A DNA stretch of 35,422 bases from a virus. Taxonomy: Duplodnaviria; Caudoviricetes. The stretch's first letter is position 1, and the number at the start of each line of letters is the position of its first letter. The position numbers and the translations under genes are program-made. The notes under the pieces were generated by a model that did not search any database, had not been told where the DNA came from, and saw only the letters and a list, made by a program, of their open reading frames with translations. The stretch is from the IMG/VR virus record IMGVR_UViG_3300001398_000007, positions 1 to 35,422 of that record; one strand, given 5' to 3'. Below, piece by piece: positions 7,555-16,282 of this stretch.

Positions 7555-7753
7555 GAAAATTACCGGCTGCTGCACGAAACACAAGGCGCTGAAACGCGCC
7601 GTCACCCGGTACCTTGACCTGAAAACGAAAGTGATCGCAATCAAGGACGGAGCCGACGACGAAAAGAACCTGACACCGGAACAGCGGCAGACGGTGATCG
7701 AGTATTACAAGGCGCTCACTGAATTGCGCGAACTAAACGAGGAGCACACATGA
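7547..7753 (+). CDS. hypothetical protein
   Basis: MPKKITG...; overlaps both neighbours. Confidence 0.65.
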   Translation: MPKKITGCCTKHKALKRAVTRYLDLKTKVIAIKDGADDEKNLTPEQRQTVIEYYKALTELRELNEEHT

Positions 7754-7992
7754 GCGATAAAAAAACGAGATGGGTTTTCTGGGCAAAATACTCTTCGCAG
7801 TTCCGCGTCGATAAAGAGACGCCGCGATTCGCAGACGACGCCGGTCGGGACGCGTACCTGAAGAGCGTCGGCGCTTCGATCTTCACCTGCTACCGGAAGC
7901 TCGTCAGCGAACAGGAATTCGCCGACACCGTTGAAGCGTCGGTTCCAAAACCAGGCGTTGCGGAGATGGCCGGGAGAACGGCGACCGTATGA
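7750..7992 (+). CDS. hypothetical protein
   Basis: GAGGAG RBS; coupled. Confidence 0.7.
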   Translation: MSDKKTRWVFWAKYSSQFRVDKETPRFADDAGRDAYLKSVGASIFTCYRKLVSEQEFADTVEASVPKPGVAEMAGRTATV

Positions 7993-8192
7993 CCGACCGT
8001 GACCGCGAACGCCGCGACGCCATCCAGCATTCGATCGACGTGATGAAACGGCGGATCGCGATCATCGACGCGAAGCCTTCGCCGACGAACAAGGAAACGA
8101 TCGAGCGCGAAATGCTGATCGACTGTGTCGGGCGCGGCGAGCGAGAGCTTTCTCCGGTCAGCGGCGGCATTCGGCCGCGCGAGTCCGTGTGA
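7989..8192 (+). CDS. hypothetical protein
   Basis: Coupled at both ends. Confidence 0.6.
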   Translation: MTDRDRERRDAIQHSIDVMKRRIAIIDAKPSPTNKETIEREMLIDCVGRGERELSPVSGGIRPRESV

Positions 8193-8461
8193 CCCCGGAC
8201 GGCCCGCTCCGCTTCGTCTGTGACGACATGCGGCACCTGATCTGCGAACCGTATTCGATCGAGAACCTTCACCGGATGGCGCGGGAGCTCGGCATCGGCG
8301 CATGGTGGTTTCACCAGGGGCGCTTCCCGCATTACGACATTCCGAAGCGGCGGATCGAACAGATCACCGCGAAATGCGTCCTGGTTGACCCACGCGAGAT
8401 CGTACGGATCATCTGCGAGGCGCGCGGGTCTTTCGCCGAAGGCCACCTGCCGGAGCGGTAA
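8189..8461 (+). CDS. DUF4031 family protein
   Basis: HL....IENLHRMARELGI..WWFH...PHYDI matches the DUF4031 pattern. Confidence 0.75.
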   Translation: MTPDGPLRFVCDDMRHLICEPYSIENLHRMARELGIGAWWFHQGRFPHYDIPKRRIEQITAKCVLVDPREIVRIICEARGSFAEGHLPER

Positions 8462-8492
8462 TAAAAAACCCCGGACCTTTCGATCCAGGGTT
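8462..8492 (-). terminator. intrinsic terminator (minus strand), unit 1
   Basis: Minus strand AACCCTGGATC-GAAA-GGTCCGGGG-TTTTTT. Confidence 0.75.
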
Positions 8493-8610
8493 AAATGCCT
8501 GTTTTTACGCCCAGGCTTTTGGCATCGCCTTGAAGCGTTCCGAACGAACGTGTTCCGCGATTGCTCGCTAACTGCGCCAACGTACTGACCAAGGTCTGAT
8601 CCTTGAAATT

Positions 8611-8642
8611 TAAAAACCCCCGAGTCTTTCGATCCGGGGGTT
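8611..8642 (-). terminator. intrinsic terminator (minus strand), unit 2, related to unit 1
   Basis: Minus strand AACCCCCGGATC-GAAA-GACTCGGGGG-TTTTT. Confidence 0.75.
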
Positions 8643-8825
8643 ATGCCCTCGATTTTATAGCCTGCTTGGGTCTGCGGGGCGCGAGACTCACTTGACTCGT
8701 GGCTACTTGAGGAAGGGCCTATCGAGTTTGGCCTCTTCATTCACGCGGCGCTATTCGATTGCTCGATGCTGACCCGGCTCGACGAAACAGATCCCTTGGT
8801 ACCGCCGGTCTGTTCAAAAAACAAG

Positions 8826-8917
8826 GACCATAATATGGTCTTTTACCGGTTGCGTTATTATATCATTTTTCGATATAATTTATGCACGTTGCGCCGCGTG
8901 GTTCACTTCTGGTTCAC
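8826..8917. promoter_or_regulatory. candidate attP and/or back-to-back promoter region
   Basis: Palindrome GACCATA-A-TATGGTC (8826-8840); inverted repeat ATTATATC-ATTTTTC-GATATAAT (8857-8879); plus-strand TTGCGT-N18-TATAAT; minus-strand extended -10 TGaTATAAT; direct repeat TGGTTCAC at 8899 and 8910. Confidence 0.5.
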
Positions 8918-9102
8918 ACCCATCACGCGTATAAGCGCGGACACTCGTTATGTTTTTGGTTAGGCGTTATTTTTACGCGCCAACGAAATGCGTCATAACT
9001 ATTTGAAATCATTCGATATTAAATTAAAGTGACCGTAAGGCTCAGAAAAGCGATCCGCTTTTGTCTGTGACGCTTTGAGTCGGTTATGGTAGGAGTTCAC
9101 AT

Positions 9103-10287
9103 ATGCCCACCCTCACCGTCCGCGAGATCAAGGAATCCACCTGTCCACCCGATAAGCGATCGGTCTACCTTTGGGACGACAACCCGACCGGCTTCGGGGT
9201 TCGGGTTAGCTCGGGAGGACGTAAGGCGTATATCGTCACCTACCGCACACATGGGGGCGTACAGCGGTTCCTGACCTTCTCCCCGACGAACGTCTCGACG
9301 CTCGATCAAGCGCGCCAATGGGCAAAGGACACGCTCTACCGGGTTGCCCACGGCGAAGATCCGGCAGGGGAAAAGTTCGCACTCAGGTCCGGGCCCGGAA
9401 TGGCCGAGCTTCGCGACCGGCACATGAGCGAACACGTCGCAGCCTATACGAAGCGATCGACGGCGCTTGAGTACCGGCGCCTCTGGAAGCGAATCGAGGA
9501 AACCCCATTTTGGAAGCTCCGCGTTAATCAGGTGACCTATGGGGATGTCTTGAAGCTGCACGCGGGAATGATTAAGACCCCCATCCAAGCGAACTGCATT
9601 ATCCGAATGCTCATCAAGGCATTCGCGCTCTGTGAGGTCTGGGGGTGGCGCCAGCGGAATTCAAACCCGACCGAAGACGTGGCTTACTATCCGCAGCGCC
9701 GCCGGACGGCCACGGCGAGTCCAGAGGAGTTCGAACGGCTGGGAACGGCGATCGCCGAGTATCCGAATGAGCGTGTCAAACTGGCGCTCAAACTTTACCT
9801 GGCCACCGGCTGTCGAAAGACTGAGATCCTGCGCGCTCAATTTCAGCATGTCGATCATCACAGGAAAATGCTTTTCCTACCCGAAACAAAGAGCGGTGGC
9901 CTCGACGGTGAATGGGTGAACCTTCCTGACTGGGTGCTTGAGGAGATTCTTGCGGCGCAATCTGGATCGAATGGGAGTCCGTTTATATTCCCGGGGCGAT
10001 TTTCAAAGAGACCATTCGCTGGGATCTACTTACATTGGCAAAAAATTCGGGTTTCCGCCGGTCTACCGAAGCTAAGAATTCACGACCTTCGCCACATCTT
10101 CGCGTCCAACGCGCACGAGTCCGGGGCGTCCCAAAGACTGATCGCCTCAATGCTTAGACACAAGCATCTGAATTCAACCGCGAGATATATCCACGCCAGA
10201 GATTCGGTGGTCCGAGATGCCGCCATTGAAAACGCAAACCAGATCCGAGACGCACTTGAGGGAAAGAAAAAACCCCCGACCAGCTAG
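9103..10287 (+). CDS. int: tyrosine recombinase/integrase with N-terminal arm-binding domain
   Basis: AGGAG RBS; WDDNPTGFGVRVSSGGRKAY arm-binding domain; catalytic TGCRKTE, TKSG, HDLRH, LRH...TARY. Confidence 0.95.
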   Translation: MPTLTVREIKESTCPPDKRSVYLWDDNPTGFGVRVSSGGRKAYIVTYRTHGGVQRFLTFSPTNVSTLDQARQWAKDTLYRVAHGEDPAGEKFALRSGPGMAELRDRHMSEHVAAYTKRSTALEYRRLWKRIEETPFWKLRVNQVTYGDVLKLHAGMIKTPIQANCIIRMLIKAFALCEVWGWRQRNSNPTEDVAYYPQRRRTATASPEEFERLGTAIAEYPNERVKLALKLYLATGCRKTEILRAQFQHVDHHRKMLFLPETKSGGLDGEWVNLPDWVLEEILAAQSGSNGSPFIFPGRFSKRPFAGIYLHWQKIRVSAGLPKLRIHDLRHIFASNAHESGASQRLIASMLRHKHLNSTARYIHARDSVVRDAAIENANQIRDALEGKKKPPTS

Positions 10288-10301
10288 GCACAGGTCAGGG
10301 G
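10267..10301 (-). terminator. probable terminator of the late (minus-strand) transcript
   Basis: Plus strand AAAAAA-CCCCCGACC...GGTCAGGGG, i.e. a hairpin plus U-run on the minus strand, overlapping the integrase 3' end. Confidence 0.5.
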
Positions 10302-10342
10302 CAACGACGGGCGCGCGGATCATAAGCCCGAGCATCCGAACT

Positions 10343-10720
10343 TTAATTCTTTTTTGGTTCCGAAACCTTCTGGGTGTCCTTGGTCCAAGGCTCACCGGTT
10401 TTCATAAACGATCGGATCTCTTCGGCGTACTGGGTCATTGCGCGACGGATTTCTTCCATGTTCGCGACGCCGGTATTCTTAGCCGTCGTCAGGATCTCGT
10501 TCAGAACGGTTTCGAGCTTCGTGAATTTTTCGGTCAGCGCAGTGTTCGACTTCTCAAGCGTCTCGATCCGGTTCGTAAGCCCGGTGACCTGAAGAAGAAC
10601 GAACGACTGCGCCGCCGACTTGGCTAGACCGTAAGCCCATTTTAAAATCGGAATGATCGCGAGAGTCATCAGAACTTGGATGACACTCAGGATGTCTGCG
10701 ACTGATAATCCCTTTTCCAT
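10343..10720 (-). CDS. membrane-anchored coiled-coil protein (holin/lysis-associated candidate)
   Basis: GGAG RBS; one N-terminal hydrophobic segment then a heptad pattern; last gene of the late run. Confidence 0.6.
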   Translation of the reverse strand: MEKGLSVADILSVIQVLMTLAIIPILKWAYGLAKSAAQSFVLLQVTGLTNRIETLEKSNTALTEKFTKLETVLNEILTTAKNTGVANMEEIRRAMTQYAEEIRSFMKTGEPWTKDTQKVSEPKKN

Positions 10721-10743
10721 TTGAGCTCCGTTGGTGAGAGAAA

Positions 10744-12789
10744 TTAGTGAGGACCGTCGCACATGATCGAGATCGGTTCATCTTGAGCCGAGTTCGACGA
10801 GTTATACATTCCGATGCTTACGCTCGTCGCCGAGGTGACCGCGCATTCAGGAGCATGGAGTCCGGCGATCCGGGATACTGAGCAGACGCATACAGGCTTA
10901 CCGGAGAAACCTGACATCGTCCCGGTGTAGGTCCCGGCCGATGCACGCGTCACGGTAATCCAGCTCGCGCTCGAATTATAGACCGTGCACGGAGATGATC
11001 CGCAACCCGTTCCTTCGGAGGAGCTATCGGCGATGAGCGCCGATTCCCCGTATCGAGCTCCCGATCCCTGCGTCGTTCGCAACCCCTTGAAGACCTGCAT
11101 GTTCGTCGAGCCGCCGTCGATCGAGACGACCGAAAACGAAGTCGGGAAGAAAGTACCGGTGCCGCCGCTGACTTTTCCGTATAGCTGAAACGTGGTCGTT
11201 AATGAGTTGGCGGTATAGTTCCCGCAAGCTCCCATGGATGACTGGTATCCAGGAGAGCCGGTGGGCTGGTCGATCGATTGTTCGCCAGTGATGCTAGTTC
11301 CAGATCCGTCTACGAGCTTCACATTGATAAGATCGCCGGCAGTACTGTTATAAAAGTATCCGGAGAAACAAGCGAGATAGGTGCCGGTTCTTGGAAGCGA
11401 ACATGTCACTCCGAGAGAGCTTGAAGCAGCCGTACACGTCAGGTTTTTAGAGGTAGTCGTCGAAATAGCGCCAGTCAGCGACGTGCTAACCACGCCGTAG
11501 CTGGTCGACGTTGTGGACGCATTTAATGTCGAGGTTCCGCTCCAGTTGACCGAAGAAGAATCCGCGCGGACGGCGGTTTCTTGGCCGGATGGGAAGTAGT
11601 AAACCGAAACTTCGAATCCAGATTGATTTGTCTGTGAATCTAAAATTTGGGCATCAGTTCCGGTGATACCGCAAGAAGATTGAATTTGAATCGTCGTATT
11701 TCCAGCAGGCGCTGTAGAGTAATTGAACTCACCCTCAATCATTGGAGACGATACAGTTTGAGCCGAGACCTGACCGGTAACCTGAGCGATAACCGTGCTA
11801 TTGGTTCCGTCTGAAAATCTGAATCCGCAGTTTTCATTTCCCGTTACACGGAAAGAACTCTTTGCAACAATTCGATAAATCCCCGGACCTCCAGATGGAA
11901 GAATAAATCCTGGAATTTTAGTTGCGGGTACAGAGATGGCACCTGACGCAGTTGGGGTCGGGCAAGAACTTTGCGCCGCAAAATTTGCCGGCGTAGTCGT
12001 GCTGCTTCCAGTCCAAACGCAAGATGCCGTCGGGGCATATGATACGCTCCCGATCCATCGCGCCTGACTAACCTGCGACGTATTGAAACCAATCCCATCA
12101 AAGGCATCGTCCCAGTAAATCGGACTCGAAGGAGTCGAAGCCGCCGCAGAGACCTGAAGCTTCACCGTCGTTCCCGTCGTCTGACACGGAAACGGGACAT
12201 TCACCAGCTTGTAAGTCGAAGAAGAGTCGAGCGTCGCGGTTCCAAGAACCGTCGAGCCGGTCATCGCGTTCACGATATATTTATTCGTACCTTCAGCGGT
12301 CTTGTAATACAGAGCCGCCGAGCATCCGTTGTTCCCTTCCATCCCGCCGAGCGTTGCATACGCATCTGACGTGACGGTCTGACCACCGGCTGAAGGTGTG
12401 AACGAGAACGCAGCCGCTCCGCTATTCACGTTCGCAGCGGTCGTCGTCGTGGTGAAGGTACCGCCCGAAGCGGTCCAATTCGCGACTCCAGATTCAGCGT
12501 CAGGGTTATCGCTCAGGAGGTTGACCCCGCCGGAACCACCGCCGCCGCCTGAACCGAACGCTTTGAAGCTTACGCCGTCGTTCGCGAACTTAAGTTTTCC
12601 GGCGCTGTTATCCCATTTGATGACTGGGTTCGCGGCGCCTGACCCCTTATTGATGACGATGCTTCGATCAGCAGCGGTCGGTTTTCCGAGAGTGATCTTG
12701 TCAGACCCGATCGGATAGTTCGTTGCGGCGAAAGCTGAACCGGCCAAAATGAGCGCGGCGAAAAGAGCAGGGATTTTCTTGAAGTTCAT
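10744..12789 (-). CDS. tail fibre/receptor-binding-like protein with Sec-type signal peptide
   Basis: AAGGAGG RBS before MNFKKIPALFAALILAGSAFA-A; Ser/Thr/Gly-rich beta modules; CBM-like NLL..PDAESG..W; 16 Cys; directly downstream of the fibre anchor gene. Confidence 0.75.
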   Translation of the reverse strand: MNFKKIPALFAALILAGSAFAATNYPIGSDKITLGKPTAADRSIVINKGSGAANPVIKWDNSAGKLKFANDGVSFKAFGSGGGGGSGGVNLLSDNPDAESGVANWTASGGTFTTTTTAANVNSGAAAFSFTPSAGGQTVTSDAYATLGGMEGNNGCSAALYYKTAEGTNKYIVNAMTGSTVLGTATLDSSSTYKLVNVPFPCQTTGTTVKLQVSAAASTPSSPIYWDDAFDGIGFNTSQVSQARWIGSVSYAPTASCVWTGSSTTTPANFAAQSSCPTPTASGAISVPATKIPGFILPSGGPGIYRIVAKSSFRVTGNENCGFRFSDGTNSTVIAQVTGQVSAQTVSSPMIEGEFNYSTAPAGNTTIQIQSSCGITGTDAQILDSQTNQSGFEVSVYYFPSGQETAVRADSSSVNWSGTSTLNASTTSTSYGVVSTSLTGAISTTTSKNLTCTAASSSLGVTCSLPRTGTYLACFSGYFYNSTAGDLINVKLVDGSGTSITGEQSIDQPTGSPGYQSSMGACGNYTANSLTTTFQLYGKVSGGTGTFFPTSFSVVSIDGGSTNMQVFKGLRTTQGSGARYGESALIADSSSEGTGCGSSPCTVYNSSASWITVTRASAGTYTGTMSGFSGKPVCVCSVSRIAGLHAPECAVTSATSVSIGMYNSSNSAQDEPISIMCDGPH

Positions 12790-12799
12790 AAGTTCCTCC

Positions 12800-13381
12800 T
12801 TAGAGCGCGAAGCGCGAAACTTTATAGGCAATCGTGGCGGCGTAATTCGTGCCGGTCATGTTGTTCGCGACGATGGAAATTTGACCGGTTGAAGAGTTGA
12901 TCGAAAAGGTGCACCCATGGTCATCACCCGACTCATCGCCGTTCGGACCAAGGATCACCCAGGCGCCAGCGATGTAAGCAGCCTTCAGAACGCCGCTATA
13001 CATTCCGTTGAATGAATCGGTCTTACGACGGAGGTCGAATTTTACTTCAGCGCTCCGGTAGACCGCGCTGTCAAAAAGCAACCCAGTGATCGCGGTCGTC
13101 GCGTTGTTCGGAACGACGAATGCGGCCGCTTCGAGAGTATTATTTATCAGGATCGCGAGCGCCGCGAGAAGCTGAGCGTTGCTCGTTTTGTCGAGCGCGA
13201 TTCCGGCGGCGGCGATGACTGCGGTGAGTTCACCCTGAACCGCGTTCAGCCATTCGTACGTCACGATCGTGGATGGTTGACCCAGTGAAGGATCGCCAGG
13301 GCTGAAGAACCCGACGACATCGCCGACTGCTCTCTCCGCTGGTTTCGAAACGACTGCGCCGACTGAGTCAATCTTATGCAT
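12800..13381 (-). CDS. short tail-fibre anchor protein (Mu/SfV-type fibre N-terminus)
   Basis: MHKID...FFSPGDP..G.PST....EWLNAVQGEL..VI.AAGIALDK...QLLAAL fits the baseplate-attachment domain; small C-terminal beta domain. Confidence 0.8.
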   Translation of the reverse strand: MHKIDSVGAVVSKPAERAVGDVVGFFSPGDPSLGQPSTIVTYEWLNAVQGELTAVIAAAGIALDKTSNAQLLAALAILINNTLEAAAFVVPNNATTAITGLLFDSAVYRSAEVKFDLRRKTDSFNGMYSGVLKAAYIAGAWVILGPNGDESGDDHGCTFSINSSTGQISIVANNMTGTNYAATIAYKVSRFAL

Positions 13382-13401
13382 AGGTTCTCTCCATGATCTT
13401 G

Positions 13402-13995
13402 CTACGAATCCGAATAGGCGAAAATCACAATTCGAGATCCACGGTTCTTTTTATTAATGACGCATTCCAGCAGGTCGTTTGAATACTTGACGAGGAGGTC
13501 TTCAGCCTTACCCGTCTCGGCCGAAAAATATATCGGGTTCAGCGTGCTCGTGTTTACCTGCCAGGTAAAATCCCAGTCGCCGCCGGCCACCGGGTCTTCG
13601 GCGCTCGAACGATCAGCCCTGAACGCCCTGAACTCCGTGATCGTGATCGTATATCCGAGAGCCGCAGCGAGGTCGATATAATCCTGCCTCGATATACCGC
13701 CGCGAGTCGTCAGCCGCTCAAGGATCTGGCGCCTTCTCTCAGACGTGTTCGGCGCTGTACCGGTACAGTCATCAGGAAGAGCCAGGTAAGACTCCCACCA
13801 ATCGATCGTTTCGGAAGCCGAGCGAGGATCCGATTCGGTAAGCAGAACGTCGATCCGCTGATCTATTCGCTCAAGCTCGCGCGCGACCGCCCACGAAACT
13901 GCGTCCATCAGCGAACCAGACGTGCGGTTCCATGCTTTCCCTTGCGGTAAAAGCTTGTGGAGCATCTTTAAGAATTGGTCCGCTGTCCTTGCCAT
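13402..13995 (-). CDS. baseplate wedge protein, Mu gp48/YmfQ (DUF2313)-like
   Basis: LLPQGKAW, ESDPR, WE..L.LPD, LGYTITITEF motifs; gene position. Confidence 0.9.
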   Translation of the reverse strand: MARTADQFLKMLHKLLPQGKAWNRTSGSLMDAVSWAVARELERIDQRIDVLLTESDPRSASETIDWWESYLALPDDCTGTAPNTSERRRQILERLTTRGGISRQDYIDLAAALGYTITITEFRAFRADRSSAEDPVAGGDWDFTWQVNTSTLNPIYFSAETGKAEDLLVKYSNDLLECVINKKNRGSRIVIFAYSDS

Positions 13996-14001
13996 TTTAT
14001 T

Positions 14002-15057
14002 TTAAGCCCATGTGATGGTTCCCATGGTCGTGAGTTGACCGGCGGTCGTCGTTACGTCAGCCGAAGGCGAGGTGAGGTCGTGATCAACTTCTCCGGCTGC
14101 GAGCGAAATCGCTTCCTGGATATGACTGAGCTTCAGCGTTCCGGCTGGTTCTGCTTCACGCTTAATTAAGTCGGCAAGCTCAGCCGTGATCGCCGCACGA
14201 ACCGCTGGCGTGTCAACGTCGATAAGCTGAATCGAAAAATTAAGAGGGACAGACGTCGGAGCAAAGACCGTCGGGTCATCGGTGGTCGGCCTGAGTGTGT
14301 CGATATACGCCTGAACTTCCGCAACCTTAGTCGAGTCTGGAATGATGTCGGTCTCGTTGTCCTGTACGAACGTCAGGCCGACCGTAGATGGACCCAGGTA
14401 TTTCGAGTATCCCCACGCGCGCGTAACGCCAGGAACTTCCTTTGCCCATCGCTCGTAATCGGGAATCGTTCCGCCTTGCGGCGCTCTGCGAACGCGTTCG
14501 AGATACCGCGCTCTGAAGTCCTCAAGAGATTCTTCGTCGATCCCATTCGCGATTCCGCCGTCACCGACCGTCGCCGTACTCGAGACGCCTGAGAGTGGAG
14601 ACACCGCGTTCAGTGAAACCGCTGCGTCTGTGTTTCCGGAGATCCCCGCAACCTGCGCTTTCATGTTGATCGAGACCGAGCCTGAAGCGATTACGCCGGT
14701 TTCGGTTGAAGAAAAAAGGACACCGTCTGAACGCTGCATGACGAAATCTACCGGGACCACGCCACCATCTGCGCCGACGAAAACGACAGCTCCCTCAGCG
14801 AACCCGGCTGGCTTTTGGGTCACTCCGAACTGCGAAGCGAGCCTGACCATGTACTCGTCCTCAGCCTGGTCACCAAAAATCTGGCGCGAGAAGAATTCGA
14901 TCGCGCCGTAAAGCAGGTGAACCGCTCCGGCGATCACGATCGCGAGAACAGCGATAACCGACCGGCGAAGGGTTGCGCTCCCAGAAGTAAGCCGCGACTC
15001 AAGGTCTGATTTTACCCTGGCGACGATCTGCGAAATTGTAGGTCTTAGAAATGGCAT
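14002..15057 (-). CDS. baseplate J-like protein (Mu gp47)
   Basis: MPFLRPT, GISGNT, G.DEES, PQGG..DYERWAKEVPGVTRAW motifs. Confidence 0.93.
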   Translation of the reverse strand: MPFLRPTISQIVARVKSDLESRLTSGSATLRRSVIAVLAIVIAGAVHLLYGAIEFFSRQIFGDQAEDEYMVRLASQFGVTQKPAGFAEGAVVFVGADGGVVPVDFVMQRSDGVLFSSTETGVIASGSVSINMKAQVAGISGNTDAAVSLNAVSPLSGVSSTATVGDGGIANGIDEESLEDFRARYLERVRRAPQGGTIPDYERWAKEVPGVTRAWGYSKYLGPSTVGLTFVQDNETDIIPDSTKVAEVQAYIDTLRPTTDDPTVFAPTSVPLNFSIQLIDVDTPAVRAAITAELADLIKREAEPAGTLKLSHIQEAISLAAGEVDHDLTSPSADVTTTAGQLTTMGTITWA

Positions 15058-15074
15058 CGGTGATCCTTATGATT

Positions 15075-15536
15075 TTATTTTGCCAGAGCTTGGCCCCAGA
15101 TGATTGAGTATTTAAAAGCCTGACCGGTCTTCGGCTTCGTAATGTCGACAGATAACTGCCATACGCCACGCGAAGGGAATTGACAGTCCACGTCAATCGC
15201 ACTCGCGACGCCGTCGTCGATCAACCATTTCAAAGCCTCTTCGGCATATTCGATCGCCTTCATGCGAACTTCTTCGGTCTGCTTTTCGCGGTCAAGCAGC
15301 CAGAGTTTCGAGCCGATCTTGTCACCCGATACGGTTCCGAATTCCTCGCCGAACCAGCCGCGACGATCGGTTTCTCCGGGCGGAAGCTCGACAACCTCGG
15401 CGCGTGCGTCAGTAAAAAGCGAAACGGCGATCGCGGTTTCCAGACCCTCTTCGAGAGCAAGATCGGTCGATCCCGGCAGCGAGGCCAGATCAAACATCAC
15501 CGCGTCTTCATCCCATACGAGTTTCAGGTCGCTCAT
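15075..15536 (-). CDS. baseplate protein, Mu gp46-like
   Basis: LETAIAVSLFTDARA, RRGWFG, IGSKLWLL.REK, YAEEALKWLIDDGVA motifs. Confidence 0.93.
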   Translation of the reverse strand: MSDLKLVWDEDAVMFDLASLPGSTDLALEEGLETAIAVSLFTDARAEVVELPPGETDRRGWFGEEFGTVSGDKIGSKLWLLDREKQTEEVRMKAIEYAEEALKWLIDDGVASAIDVDCQFPSRGVWQLSVDITKPKTGQAFKYSIIWGQALAK

Positions 15537-15544
15537 CTCGTTCC

Positions 15545-16282
15545 TTACATTTGAGGGCTTGGGTCAGGCACCCCACCATGGGCGTGCGAGTTATATTTCG
15601 TTCTCATTCCAGCCATTGAACCGACCGAATCGTTTACGTTTCCAGACGCAGCGACGTTCACCGCGCTCACGTCCCCAGTCGCTTCGATGCTTCCAGATAC
15701 TTTCATCGTACCAGCGGCAGGAGCCGCCCCGCCAGCGCCTATTCCTGCGCAGGTTATAAGCCCGGTGACCGCAAGAAGCGGTGTCGTCATACTCACCATG
15801 GTCGTCGCGATCACGTCCACTTCAGGACTGGTCGCTTGAATTTTCACCGACGCATTCGCTTCAATATTCGGTGCGGTCACTTTGACCTTACCACCGGCAG
15901 TTATTTCAACGTCAAGAGGGGTGGTGATGTCGATCTTTGCGCGAGCGATTTTTACGAATTGCCCCTGGTCATCGTAGAGGCACGCTTCTCCGTTCTCGAG
16001 CTTGACCCGGTACCTTCCGTCATCGGTCGCTATAATTACCGGATGGTCGCGCGATCCGTTTACCGTGATGACGACGGCTTGCGCACCCGCAAGCGGCCGA
16101 GACGTGAAGCCGTATTCCTGAATCTGGTCCACACCGTCTAGAGTGTCTTCGGCCATCACCGCGATCTGGGCTTTCCGAATCGCACCGGAGTCGTCGGTTG
16201 ATTTGATTACCGCGCGCGCGACCACCTGCATGATGCGTCGATAGAGCGGTTCGAGAATTCTTTTTAAATCGCGCTCTTTCAT
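15545..16282 (-). CDS. baseplate spike/assembly protein V (Mu gp45-like)
   Basis: QEYGFTSRP, D.RYR..L..GEACLYDDQG, beta-helix repeats, terminal HxH (YNSHAH). Confidence 0.9.
   Translation of the reverse strand: MKERDLKRILEPLYRRIMQVVARAVIKSTDDSGAIRKAQIAVMAEDTLDGVDQIQEYGFTSRPLAGAQAVVITVNGSRDHPVIIATDDGRYRVKLENGEACLYDDQGQFVKIARAKIDITTPLDVEITAGGKVKVTAPNIEANASVKIQATSPEVDVIATTMVSMTTPLLAVTGLITCAGIGAGGAAPAAGTMKVSGSIEATGDVSAVNVAASGNVNDSVGSMAGMRTKYNSHAHGGVPDPSPQM

Noticed and set aside
8461-8660. Possible CRISPR mini-array, riboswitch or ribozyme
   Set aside because: There are only two degenerate copies about 150 nt apart with terminator form and no cas genes. I could not match c-di-GMP or hammerhead consensus cores by eye.
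7904-8740. 278-aa minus-strand ORF
   Set aside because: It runs antisense to coupled plus-strand genes including DUF4031, reads through two minus-strand terminators, and has no RBS or recognisable motif.
8766-8963. 65-aa plus-strand ORF upstream of the integrase (possible excisionase)
   Set aside because: It has no RBS or HTH pattern and overlies AT-rich promoter/att-like repeats.
12790-12831. Longer upstream start for the fibre-like gene given in the ORF track
   Set aside because: It overlaps the anchor gene and lacks an RBS, whereas ATG 12789 has AAGGAGG at good spacing.
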